Assembly (NCBI RefSeq): GCF_018350175.1
Contig: NC_058368.1
Span: 100,008,001 to 100,072,000, forward strand
Direction of reading: 5' to 3'
From: Felis catus
Taxonomy: Eukaryota
DNA: 64,000 bases
Shown: positions 13,102 to 25,711 of the stretch, piece after piece
How the letters are laid out: each line of letters starts with the position of its first letter
Numbering within the stretch: the stretch's first letter is position 1
Made by a program: the position numbers and the translations under genes
The notes under the pieces: generated by a model
Database searches by the model: none
What the model was told of the DNA's origin: nothing
Seen by the model: the letters and a program-made list of their open reading frames with translations, nothing else

Positions 13102-14953
13102 TAAAAATAAATGTTTTTGAAAAACAATACTGACAGGAGACAGACACAAATGCAAATGAGAATCCTAAAATCCAAACTAAGGAAATGGTAAAGGGTCATA
13201 ATGAAAACAGTAATCCACATGGTTTTTAAAATAATCTTTTAACATGCATCAATTCTTTGCAGTTTTTCTCCAAAATAAAGAACTTTGCCTGTGAAATACT
13301 GATCAACCAGAAAATAATTATTTCCAACTCAAGCACAACTGTTACAGAGGATGTAGTAACAAATTTATCTGATGTCAATGACAATAAAAGTTAAGGGCAT
13401 CTTCTGAGTTTAGACTACCTTTTTAACTACCTTTTTAAATTTGTTCAAAGTCAGAACCAACTGTGTGCTCTACATTAATCCATCATTTTAAGCTTTGCTA
13501 TTTCCTCTAACAATATAATCATGTATGGTATTACTACTGGGATAAGAACTCTTCTGATGTTGCATTTTCTTTTATTTTAATAGGAAGGAGTAATTAAAGA
13601 GAAATAAAAATAGACTCAACTTACACAACTAAATTGAAAACACCACTTATCTGAGTCCTTCAAACACTCATTTAATCAATATGTGTTTTTAATGGTAACA
13701 GTTACATGCTTACTAAGAGAGCTTAATTAAGAAGTACAATGATGAAATTAGAAAGGTACTAAGGAAGCCATCTGGACATTTAGTCTTTCAACCTATAGAC
13801 TATCTGTATTCCTTTTATGTTTTAAAATGCATCTAGGAATAATTTGGTGAGCCAATATAGCAATACCAGATGTACTCTGCAAACTGATTATGAAGCAGAT
13901 GGTTTTATGATCACACTTGTGTTTTAAAAGGTGTTATTCTATTATGTAAGGTTTGCATTCACAATGCATGCTTCTTGTTTAGCATTGTGGATGGTGTCAT
14001 TCTGTCAGAGTATCTCACACATTTCTCTTCCCCTGCATCTGTTCAGTAAGTAGGCTGACTGAGTCTCATACCAGGAGGGATAAATTATCCAATTACATTG
14101 CTGGGAGGACAGTATATTACACAGTCCTAATTTCCTTATTAACATCATGACATCAATATAACTTCTACTAGAGGCAACCATGGAAAAATCAACACAGATG
14201 TCTAAAAGCCAAGTCAGGTTGTGTCCAGTTTATTAAATGCCTGATCCATGTAACCAAACAAGATTTGACATGAATATTTTATTCTTAGCGGTCTCTTTCT
14301 GCTATATACCATATAGTTTTGCTTAAACAAGCTTGTAGATAAAGCATACTCTGTAAGTAATTCTATTTTGAGAGACTATCATCATAATTATTCTAGGCAT
14401 ACTAACCTAATAATAAAAAGTATTAGCCTTTACTTAGCCATAATAGAAAATAAATATGGCTACAAGTATAAGCATGCCTTTCTGGCACCAAATTTCAGTT
14501 TTGTCGTTTCTTTAGAACATAGTGAAATGTAAGAAAAACATGCTAAGGAAAAGCCTGACTTGTCTACAAACTCAGTCTGCGTCCTGACATCCTTGCCTGA
14601 TTTGTTAAGGGAACTTAATTCTGGACTTGAGAGATCCAGTGGAATTTATTCTATTATCTTCATTACTGGATTAGTGTTACTATAGAAGAAACCTTCATTC
14701 ATTCAACTAGCATTTATTTACCACCTACAAAACACTCCTGAGCTAGCCACTACAGACACAAATATAAGTGGATCATGTGTATGCCCTCAAGGAGATCAGA
14801 GTCCAGTGGCAAAGTAGAATGCAGATTATTCATGAGTGTCAGAGAGAATTACTATTTTTGTAACAAATATTAAACTGTAGTTAATGGTGTTCATAATGAG
14901 ATATTAAACAGGAAGTATACTGATGTCTATAATTTACTTTAAAATACCCTTAA

Positions 14954-15165
14954 GGGGCACCTGGGTGGCTCAGTCGGTTAAGCGTCTGACTTTGCCTCAG
15001 GTCATGATCTCACAGTTCATGAGTTTGAGCCCCGTGTTGGGCTCTGTGCTGACAGCTCAGAGCCTGGAGCCTGCTTTGGATTCTGTGTCTCCCTCTCTCT
15101 CTGCCTCTCCTCCACTCATACTGTCTCTGTCTCTCTCTCTCAAAAATAAACATTTAAAAAAATTA
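14954..15165 (+). mobile_element. CAN-SINE
   Basis: Canonical head GGGGCACCTGGGTGGCTCAGTCGGTTAAGCG, body and tail. Confidence 0.94.
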
Positions 15166-15917
15166 AAATACACCTAAAAGAAGAATTAAATACACCTAAA
15201 ATACCTTCTAAAAGAAGATGAATTAAGAATGGATAGAGGGATGGAAAGCGAAACACATAGGTATGTTCTATAACAAATATAGTAACATATTAATGATATG
15301 ATCTAGGTAGTGATTATGCAGGTATTTACTGTAAAATTATTTCAACGTTTTTGTATGTTTGAACTTTCCATAACAAAATGCTGGAAAGGAAAAGAAAGCA
15401 GGATGCTTACAAGTGAAATTATGGAGGAAGGAGTGCAGTTGCTAGTTATGGCTAGTTTAGAGTAAAAACATGAGAGAGGTTGGCTGTTTTAGGGTGAAAA
15501 TAGGGTAAATAAATGAAAATCAAGGAATTGAGAAACCAGGGCATGGAACTGGAAAATTCATTTACTTAAATCTTTGTAGATACTGAAATCATCAAAATTT
15601 TGTATTTGTTGTACTACAGAAAGGTATAGTTAACCACTGTTTAAACCTTCAAGGAATGGGAAATTGGCCAATAATGAGTGACACAGTCTGATGGGAAGCT
15701 TCAGTGCTAGATGCTTTTAGGAGGGAGAGAGGGTCAATGTTCTAGATACAAGAGAAAGGAACAATAAGGGAATTCATTCCAATTTCCGGCTCAGGGGCAC
15801 AAGGGCCAGAGGAGAAAAATTAGCCACTACTTGAGAAAGTTACATGAAAAAGAGTGTAGGGTACAACCAAGTCCTGGCTAGAGGACAAAGGTAAAGGAAA
15901 TGTTTAATAAAGAGTTT

Positions 15918-16137
15918 GGGGGCACCTGGGTGGCTCAGTCAGCTGAGCGTCTGACTTCGGCTCAGGTCATGATCTCGCAGCTTCTGAGTTTGAGCCCTGC
16001 ATCGGGCTCTGTGCTGAGAGCTCAGACCCTGGAGCCTGCTTCAGCTTCTGTGTCTCCCTCTCTCTCTGCCCCAACCCACTCGCATTCTGTCTCTATCTCT
16101 CTCAAAAATAAAGAGACAATAAAAAAAATTAAAAAAA
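15918..16137 (+). mobile_element. CAN-SINE (first of a tandem pair)
   Basis: Canonical head, body and A tail. Confidence 0.94.
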
Positions 16138-16147
16138 TGAATTTGAA

Positions 16148-16364
16148 GGGGCGCCTGGGTGGCTCAGTCAGTTGAGCATCCAACTTCGGCTCAGGTCATG
16201 ATCTCATGGTTCATGAGCTCGAGCCCTGTGTCGGGCTCTGTGCTGACAGGTCAGAGCCTGGAGCCTGCTTTGGATTCCATGTATCCCCCTCTCTCTCTGT
16301 CCCTCCCCTGCTCCCACTCTGTCTTGTCCTCTCAAAAACAGACATTAAAAATTTTTTAAAAAAA
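16148..16364 (+). mobile_element. CAN-SINE (second of a tandem pair)
   Basis: Canonical head GGGGCGCCTGGGTGGCTCAG, body and tail. Confidence 0.94.
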
Positions 16365-16559
16365 GAGTTTGAAGGATATTTTGATAAGGACAAATCACAA
16401 GTTCCAGAGGGTATGCTAGCAGAATTTAGAAAATGAAATTGGGAATAGGGGTAAAAAATAAAGTCAAATGAGCCATGAGTCCAAATAAGGATGAGTCCAG
16501 ATCTTCTGGTGGGGGACAAAATACACAGGAATCAAAAGTGTGATGGGTCTCAGAGACCA

Positions 16560-17350
16560 ACTGGGTGATGAAGTTCTGAAAGATGGAAGGGGAATAAGAG
16601 TCGGGGATATCTTGCCAAAAGCATGCAGAAAGAGTAGATATTTATCAGGTAAACAGGCAGGGAAGGGATTTCCAAGCAGTGGGAATAGACTGAGCAAATG
16701 CTCAGAGGCTCTTAACAGTAGAATGTTTCAGGGATTACAGGTAGTTGAACACTTGTGGTGTATAAAGCGCAAAGGTGAGAGTTCTAATGGTTGAAGCTAT
16801 ACACAGAAGCAGGGTGTTATATGCCATGTAGGGTTTAAAACTTATCCTGTAAGAGGTGTGGAACCATTGAAGAATGTATAACCTTGTAACAAAGATTACC
16901 TTGGACACAGTATGGCCTGAATTGGATGATGCCACTCTAGAAACAAAAAGTCCAGCTAAGAGGATTGTTCCTACAGCAGGTGATAAATGATTAATGCCTC
17001 AGCTATAAATGTGGCAGTAGGGATGGAGAAGCATGGAGAGATATGAGATGTCTTTAGGAAAAACGACCAAGCTTCAGGGGGAAAAAAAAAGCTACAGCAA
17101 TTTATGCAAAAAGCAAGATAATGGGAAAAATTCATGACAGACTCAGGTATCTGGGATGATCATGGAGCCAGTAATACACAACAAGTAATGGATATTGGGG
17201 GGATTTAAAGGAAGTGAGAAGGCTTTGATTAGGGAAAGTATAATAAATTGCTTTTGTAACATGAGCTTGAATGCAAATGTGAATGTGTATGGTAACATTT
17301 GGGTTACAGAATCAGAACGTGAACAAGGATTGGTAAATAGCTTTTAGCAG
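16560..17350 (-). mobile_element. L2 LINE fragments
   Basis: Purine-rich motifs typical of antisense L2 (GGAAGGGATTTCCAAGCAG, GTGGCAGTAGGGATGGAGA). Confidence 0.55.
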
Positions 17351-17587
17351 TTTTCAACACTGAACTAAAATACTGAATTGATCATTTGCTGCCTGTCCAC
17401 TACTAGCCCAAACATTACAATCAAAGAACACAAATCAGTATGAGAGAAGCATGAAAAACAAGGGAGACTTATAGGATTAATTATTATGAGAGATTTTCAC
17501 TTGAAAAATATAACATTCAATAAGTTAAAATAAGGAAATAGGTAAAAAAGTGTAGTTCTGATCTGAACATTTTTGATTTAGTAATGC

Positions 17588-17794
17588 TTTTTTATGTCTT
17601 TATTCATTTGAGAGATACAGAGACAGTGTGAGGAGCAGAGGGGCAGAGAGAGAGGGAGAGAGAGAGAATACCAAGTAGTCTCCATACCACCAGACGTACA
17701 GTCTGATATGGGACTCAAGCTCATGAACTGTGAAATCATGACCTGAGCTGAAACCAAAAGTCAGTCACTTAACTGACTAAGCCACCCCGGCGCT
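17588..17794 (-). mobile_element. CAN-SINE
   Basis: Reverse SINE; TSD TTTAGTAATGCTTTT / TTTAGTAATACTTTT. Confidence 0.9.
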
Positions 17795-19157
17795 CAAGTT
17801 TAGTAATACTTTTAAGAGCCATAACATTTTAATTATGAGCCTATTACTATTAGATCTTGATATATTATGGAGGCAACAAAATGGGAAGCATGGTCTTCAC
17901 TTAGAATGGCTGCAGAGTTGAATCAAAGAAAGCTTAATGTTATTCCAATACCTTTGCTTGTATCAACCTAGAAATTCACACATTCCCTATATCCCACAAG
18001 CAGTGATGACCTTATTTTTTGGCTGTCACACCAGAATGGTGCTATTCTGAAAACCTCAGTGCAAAGCCAATGAAAAATGGACTTAAACTCTAGTAAATAC
18101 ATTAAATATGTATGACCATTGGAAAATCTGTCTCTTCAATTAAAAGTTTAGCATCACTTCATACATGCATTTAAAAAAATTTTTGGCAACAAGTTCCAAT
18201 ATTCTGAGGGCATAAAATATCTTCGATAGTAGATCCAAGTAGAAATCAGTTTTTATTAAGAATATACAACCATACATTGTAATTAATTCCTATATTTAAA
18301 AATATGATGAAGATTTCTTGTGTTAAAAATGATAACATGAAAATTTAAAGTCCACTTCCTGAAAAGTGAAAAAAATTGTCACATTTATCTGAAACAGAAA
18401 GGCCATGTCTTTGCTGTGGAAACTGCCTTGCAAAAATCTTCATAAGGTGAAATTCATATCTAAAACCATAGCTTTACACTTCTTTTTTGACATAAAATTA
18501 TTAAACATGGGTGATTCATCATTCTTCCAAATTCATGAGTCCATTTTTCCCATTTCTGTTTAAATAACAGTATGCTAGACTAGATAGATAATCTAGTACA
18601 CTGTCAAAATTATAACCAAAACTGACATTTCTTAAACTACTCTGTCATTACTTGGATTTGACATATTAGAAGGAATAAGAAACATTTGGAGTTCTCCCAT
18701 GAAATACAACTTCTTTTCAGACTTTTTCATGATTTCTGATTACATACTTTTGTTCTACCCATTCAACCTTGCAGATCTGTCTCCACTGACATGGCACACT
18801 ATTTACACTACTGCTCTTTTGGCCGCTCTTACATTTGCAACCTGAGGGCAGGGGAGGTTTCTTTCATTTATTAGTATTTCTTACATTGATGATTGCACAT
18901 ATGCTAAGTAAGATATAATTCTGCTTAGCTACAACCAATATAATAAAACTCAGACAACTGGAAGAATTGTAGTGTTTAGAGTCTGGCTGTAGCCCTGCAG
19001 TGGTACTGCTGAATCTCTACTTTGAAAATAGAGAAGGTAGCTTTTAACATGGCAGGCTGATGATGCTGACAAGCAGTTGCTATCCTTCCATCTAACATTT
19101 CTGACAAGAGGTATTGTTCATGATTGTTTAATTTAACCACTATTAGAATTAACGGCC

Positions 19158-19375
19158 TTTTTAAAAAAATTTTTTTTAATGTTTATTTATTTTTGAGAGA
19201 GACAGAGACAGAATGCGAGTGGGTTAGGGGCAGAGAGAGAGAGGGAGACACAGAATCAGAAGCAGGCTCCAAGCTGTCAGCACAGAGCCTGACGCAGGGC
19301 TTGAACTCACAACGTGTGAGATCATGACCTGAGCCGAAGTCGGATGCTCAACTGACTGAGCCACCCAGGTGCACC
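19158..19375 (-). mobile_element. CAN-SINE
   Basis: Reverse SINE; TSD TAGAATTAACGGCCTTTT / TAGAATTAATGGTCTTTT. Confidence 0.93.
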
Positions 19376-20045
19376 TAGAATTAATGGTCTTTTTATCATC
19401 CACATAGCAAAACTGAAACAACTCCATTTAAAACTGGGTTCTATTCTAATAAAGATATATACAGAATTTAAATCAGCAAATAATCAAATATATATAATCA
19501 ACCACATCCCCAAAATCTGAAACAAATTAGGTCACCCCAGAATAAATTAAACACTGAGCACTTCAGTATTTTAAGAATTTCTTCCTTTCACATCTTTCTG
19601 TTCAAGTCTTGTGTAAATGGCTCAATGAAAATAACCTTTGGATTCTCCAACTCTTTTAAAGCAATTATCTTAGGCCCTTTGACTTTACAATTGATCTTGA
19701 TCTCTCTGAATCCTACAGCCTATTGTCTCTAATGTTTTTTCCTTTGCCTCCAGTTTTCAGCCCAGCAATTACTTACAGAATTTAGTAAAAGAACTTGGTT
19801 TTCCTGTTTTGTTTTGAACTTTTCAGTGTCTTAAAATACAATTGGTTCTCCCTCTCTGAGTCTTTCTATACTAGTTCACTCTGGGCAATTAATATGTCTG
19901 ATCAAACTGCAGCCTAACTGCAGCCTCTCCTAGCAACCTGACTGGTCTGTGAATCTCCACCTCAAGATAACTCGGAGCCCTCTGCGAAAAAACCCTATTT
20001 TTTCCTTAGGATTTTCATTCCTGTTACTTTTCTGCTAGGAAAGAT

Positions 20046-20140
20046 AGGAAGGGAGGAAGGAAGGAAGGAAGGAAGGAAGGAAGGAAGGAAGGAAGGAAGG
20101 AAGGAAGGAAAGAAGAGAGGAAGAAAGAAAGAAAGGAAAA
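20046..20140. repeat. (GGAA)n microsatellite
   Basis: Directly visible. Confidence 0.95.
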
Positions 20141-20329
20141 ACCATCAAGGAGCAGTAACATTTCAATTTGTCTGACTGTACCTAGGAAAAGAGAAAGTTG
20201 CTGAGCAGCTTACATGTACCTTCTTATATCACATGACCTACCCTTACTTATTCCCTGACCACCTGGTCAACAGAGCAGGATTAAGAACCCAGATAGGTAG
20301 ATTTTTTTTTCCCCCAAGGTTGGTGCTTA

Positions 20330-20557
20330 CTTTTTTTTTTTTTTTTAATTTTTTTTTTCAACGTTTATTTTTTGGGACAGAGAGAGACAGAGCATGAATG
20401 GGGGAGGGGCAGAGAGAGAGGGAGACACAGAATCGGAAACAGGCTCCAGGCTCTGAGCCGTCAGCCCAGAGCCCGACGCGGGGCTCGAACTCACGGACCG
20501 CGAGACCGTGACCTGGTTGAAGTCGGACGCTTAACCGACTGCGCCACCCAGGCACCC
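20330..20557 (-). mobile_element. Young felid SINE (SINEC_Fc-like)
   Basis: CpGs retained (CCCGACGCGGGGCTCGAACTCACGGACCGCG), long T tract, TSD GGTGCTTACTTT. Confidence 0.95.
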
Positions 20558-21555
20558 AGGTGCTTACTTTCTAAAAGGGTATTAAAACAAACAAAAAACA
20601 GAAAACTCCTTAGTCAACTTTTTTATTATGCTAGCAAACCAATTCATTTTTAAAACTGATAAAGGCTATCAAGTATTTATCCCACCTCTTCTACACGATC
20701 ATATCCTAAGATAACAAAATAGTTGAGAAGGAAAAGTTTCTCTTTATAGAAGCAGGATACTGCCTAAATAAATACCAAATAATGCACTTAAATTATCACC
20801 ATTTTGAACCATTAAGAAATTAATAGAGCTAGATAATGATCAAAATAGGTACTAATTTCACAGAGGAGTCAAATACCCATGTCTTCGAATGGAAGTACAC
20901 AATCTTACTGATGAAGTGTTTTTATTTTCAAGAGTTAGAGTCCCATTCAGCCTCCAGATCTAAGCACCAAATCATAAGAAACATAAGGGTTAGAGGACAA
21001 ATTAAATACCATGACACCATGGTATCTATGAATTATTTTAGTTCTTAAAATAAGACAATAAAATAATTTTAAAATGCAAATACTCATAAAATACATCCTG
21101 TTGTGCAGAAGAAGTATAATTAATACTGACATTGAGAACACTAAAAAAAAAAAAAAGGCGGGGAGGACATTCATCTCTCAACCTTGAGAGAATAATAGGG
21201 TCTGGGATTACTCTCTGTTGTAAACAACTTGAAAACTGAATAAAATATATAGAATTTCATATGTAACTTATATATAACTTTCATATATTAGGTAACAGGC
21301 AGCACAGGGCTGTAATCCCTGAAAGAAAGCAAACAAATGAATATAGATCTATTTATGGTGTTTTTCTAACCTGATCTTTAATAGTTTGAAACAACACTTT
21401 GCTTAATCAAAACGTAGGATACCCTCCAGCTGTAGAACACAAAAATATAAGCATTTTTATAGGACAGATATATACTAAACAACAAGAAAAATGACTGGGA
21501 AGGAAAGTAATACATGAGTAGATAAGTGAACAGAATTTTTAAAAATATGATTATC

Positions 21556-21762
21556 GGGGCACCTGGGTGGCTCAGTCAGTAAGCTTCTGACTCTTGATTT
21601 CAGCTCAGGTCATGATCTCACAGGTTTGTGGGATGAAGCCCCACATTGCGCTCTGTGCTGGCAGCTCAGAGCCTGCTTGGGATTTTCTCTCTCTCCCTCT
21701 CTCTGCCCCTCCCCCGCTTGTGTGCAGTCACATGCACTCTCTCCCTTTCAAAATAAATAAGC
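21556..21762 (+). mobile_element. CAN-SINE
   Basis: Canonical head, body and AATAAATAA tail. Confidence 0.92.
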
Positions 21763-21799
21763 ATTTACCATTATCATTACATCAGACAAAATCAGGTTC

Positions 21800-22250
21800 A
21801 CCTTATTGTTATATAAAACCCAAATTTACAAGGGCTCAAACACCTAAGTTTTGTTTTTCATTTCACTCAAGGAAAAGTCCAGATTTGGTATAACCATTCA
21901 ATGAAGTAGTTAGGGACCTATATTCCTTCCAAATTTTGAGCTCACCATTATGTATGTGGCCTTCAACTGTATATTTTTAAATACTGCTGGAGCCCTGCCA
22001 TTATGTCAACATTCCAGCCAGTGGTAAGGAGGAAGAACAGGAGGTACATTCACTTCAACATAAAGTGTACCTACAACTTACATTTATATCCTTTTGGTCA
22101 GAGATATTGGTAAAGGAGGCTAAAACAGAGTCTGTATTCTGGATGGTTAAGTATATTTTTAGCTGTCCTACCTTAAAATCAATCAATGATTGTTTTGCAG
22201 TATCAGATGAGGAAAACAGGTAATGGAAGGAACTCTCAATCTCTGCCACA
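21800..22250. mobile_element. Old MaLR LTR fragment (MLT1J/K-like)
   Basis: Motifs GCTGGAGCCCTGCCATTATGTCAACATTCCAGCCAG and AAGGAGGCTAAAA recall old MLT1 LTRs. Confidence 0.45.
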
Positions 22251-22762
22251 ATTATAGAATTACCAATCTAGAGACTGGGAACTAGAAAGCTAACTAGACT
22301 GAAACTAGAAAGCTCAGCAATCAATATTTCCAAGCATGAAAAAAAGTAAGACCAACTAAAGATAAGGTACGGGGGAATGCAATAGTGAATAAAGAGGTTA
22401 GTGGCCCAGGAGCTAAGTCTATGCATGCTGAACCCCTCAAAGACCTACTTTGATCTTTCACTGGATAAGATTTATGCTTTTAAACAGAAGAAATGACAAG
22501 TAGGAAACACCTTAAATTACCCTTGATATATAATTCCTTTAGATTAATTAGAACAAAATGACGGTATTCCACTTCATGCAAGATGTGTGGGATGTACTTC
22601 AAAAGCATTTGGTGTACAGGGACACCTTTTATCTGATGGAATTAAGACAGTCTACATAGAGCATCCACCCACTACCCTAGTTCTACAGGTAAGGATCCTG
22701 AGATTCAGGAAAATGAAATGACTAACTCAGGGCCAGAGAGCTAATAAGTTTTAATACTAGTA

Positions 22763-23081
22763 CAACTGACCCTTGAACAACATGGTTTACAATGGGAGGG
22801 TATACTTACACACAAATTTTATTCAATAAATATAGCACAGTGCTATAAAAGTAATTTTTTTCCCCAATGATTTTCTGAAAATTTTCTCTCATTTACTTTA
22901 TTCTAGAAATACAGTATATAATACACATAATGTACAAATATGTGTTAACCAACTATTATTAGTAAGCCGTCCAGTCAACAGGCTATTAGTAGGTAAGTTT
23001 CTGGGGATCAATTTCATAAGTGGATTTTGAATGTGTAGGGGTTTGTGTCCCTACACCTACCATGTTATCAAGGATCAACTG
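22763..23081. mobile_element. Tigger2-derived MITE (TcMar-Tigger)
   Basis: Imperfect TIRs CAACTGACCCTTGAACAACATGG ... CCATGTTATCAAGGATCAACTG flanked by TA duplications (22761-62, 23082-83). Confidence 0.85.
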
Positions 23082-23300
23082 TACTAGATATAGAAACGTT
23101 TTTATTTCCATTACATGGATCTTAAATCTAGCTAAATATTGTCTTGGCAAAATCTAGTTATTCATCAAATTTTAGCTTGCTCAACCTTGAAAATATCTCA
23201 CTCAGTACATCAATTTAGAATTCTTATATTCAGGATCTATGCAACATTGAGTCAAAAAGCCAGTTTAACCTACAGTCATTCTGTATTACCTAAATTCTAC

Positions 23301-23392
23301 ATTTTTTTAAGGATTTTATGTGTATGTGTTTTGTTTGTTTTTTTTGAGAGAGAGAGCATGTGAGCGAGGAGAAGGGCAGAGGAAGTGAGAGC

Positions 23393-23436
<44 letters not shown>

Positions 23437-23483
23437 ATCTTAAGTTCCATGTGAGCGAGGAGAAGGGCAGAGGAAGTGAGAGC

Positions 23484-23544
<61 letters not shown>

Positions 23545-23673
23545 AGAATCTTAAGCAAGTTCCATGCCCAGCACTGAACCTAATGCAGGGCTCAATCACA
23601 CAACCCTGGGATCATGGCCTAAACCAAAATCAAGAAGTCAGACGCTCATCTGACTGAGCCACCCAGGCACCCC
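23301..23673 (-). mobile_element. CAN-SINE with an internal ~91-bp tandem duplication
   Basis: CATGTGAGCGAGGAGAAGGGCAGAGGAAGTGAGAGCG occurs at both 23357 and 23448. Confidence 0.9.
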
Positions 23674-24271
23674 GAGGATTCATTTAATCCATTGCTCAAT
23701 CTGCCATTATGGTCACACTGATGCAACTTTTTATTCATCTTTTACTATTAATAATAGTCTTGGGTATTCAGAAAGTCTGACTCTTTTCTGTTTAAAATAT
23801 TCTGAATACAACCAGGTACTCAGTCTCAGCCTGCACTGCTACATAACTCTGGGGGACAAAAATCACACAACAGTCTTTATTAATAGCCTGGGTATTTTGC
23901 TAGATGCTAGAGAGTAAAATAGGTAGCCAAACTACCGCTGACACCTGCTGACACTGAGCTTAGAGTTTAGTAAGGAGACAGATACTAAACAAGCACACTA
24001 TTGGCCATATAATTTTGAAAGTTATTTAAAGAAGATAACAGGTCCAGTGAAAGCACACAATAAAGACTTTCAACAAAAGTTTACTGAATAAATTTTGGGA
24101 CATAGATCATACAGCGCGACTGTTAGGACTGGTATGAAGTGAGATGGTAAAGTTAAGATGTAACACATTGTCAAGGACCTTAAATGGAAGCTAGGTGCTT
24201 ATACTATGCATAACAAAATGTATAAACAAAATGAGCCATTAAAGGTTATAAAGTAGAGGAACTACATAATC

Positions 24272-24490
24272 TTATTTTTTTTTAATGTTTTTAACATTTA
24301 TTCATTTTTTGATAGAGAGACAGAGCGTGAGTGGGGGAGGGGCAGAGAGAGAGGGAGACACAGAATCCAAAGCAGACTCCAGGCTCCGAACTGACAGCAC
24401 ACAGCCCGACGCGGGGCTTGAACTCACGGACCGTGAGATCGTGACCTGAGCTGAAGCTGGACGCTCAACTGACTGAGCCACCCAAGCGCC
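24272..24490 (-). mobile_element. CAN-SINE
   Basis: Reverse SINE; perfect TSD CTACATAATCTTATTTTT (24262 and 24492). Confidence 0.95.
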
Positions 24491-24837
24491 GCTACATAAT
24501 CTTATTTTTGTTTTGGAAAGAACACTGATAATAGCGAGTGACATGCTTATGCTTGGCTGTAAAACTAAAATCAGGAAGACAGGTTTGCTGGCAATTACAA
24601 GAGTTCAGGTGAGAAGTAAAAAGGGCCTTAATGTAACAGTGACACAACGGGAGCAGGAATGAATTGGAAAGACATCTCACAGATACTTCTGAGAGATGGG
24701 TGGCTAATAATCTACTAAAATATCAGGGATAAGAACATAAGAGATTATAGTTAACCAAATGTTTCTTGTTTAGATGACTGAGACTGTGCCAGTAAATAAG
24801 ACAGAACAAAGAGGTACTGTAAAAAAAAAAAAAAAAA

Positions 24838-25386
24838 TTCAGAGAAGTAAAAAAGCAGCTCCTGATAAGGTGACCTGCTCTGAAACTCACAGGTTGGATT
24901 GTTACTACACATCCATCTCATATTTACAGCGAAGCTATGATCTGCTCGTGGATGCTAACAATCTCACCAAACATGAACATCAAACAAAGCAACGCTGAAA
25001 CCATAACTAAGACAAAAAGATAATCATCATGAAACCTACAAAATACCAAATATTCCCCTCCCTCAGCCAAAATGAGTGACTACTACTTATTTACCAAATG
25101 CAGTTTTATCCTCACTCCCTTCCAATACATAAAATTTACTGAGATACCTAATCATAGATTTTCCCTCTGCTTTCTGAAAATACCCAATATACAGCTATTC
25201 CTTGCTTCCTTAGATCTTCTCCAAAATTACTCAGACTAAATAGAAATCCTGTAAGTTCTAACATCCACTCAGTGAGACATCCTACACTTCACTATGTTGT
25301 ACATTCTTCCACATTGCAACAAGTAATAGTCCCAACTTTTCAAACCATAAGTGTGCTTCACTGGCCTTTGACTTGAGATCACTGAC
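24838..25386 (+). mobile_element. ERV1-class solo LTR (MER67-like)
   Basis: Begins ..CAGAGAAGTAAAAAAGCAGCTCCTGAT and ends GGCCTTTGACTTGAGATCACTGACA; similarity recalled, not searched. Confidence 0.45.
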
Positions 25387-25487
25387 ACAGCAATGAGCCT
25401 AATACTGAATATACAATCTTGAAGAAATTCTGGGTGTATGAGACAGCTGGATATTGAGTTTTAGAGTTCAGATAAAAAGAAGGATCA

Positions 25488-25711
25488 GGGGCGCCTGGGT
25501 GGCGCAGTCGGTTAAGCGTCCGACTTCAGCCAGGTCACCATCTCGCGGTCCGTGGGTTCGAGCCCCGCGTCGGGCTCTGGGCTGATAGCTCAGAGCCTGG
25601 AGCCTGTTTCCGATTCTGTGTCTCCCTCTCTCTCTGCCCCTCCCCCATTCATGCTCTGTCTCTGTCCCAAAAATAAATAAAAAACATTGAAAAAAAATTT
25701 AAAAAAAAAAA
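25488..25711 (+). mobile_element. Young felid SINE (SINEC_Fc-like)
   Basis: GGGGCGCCTGGGTGGCGCAGTCGGTTAAGCGTCCGACTTCAGCCAGGTCA; perfect TSD AAAAAGAAGGATCA. Confidence 0.96.
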
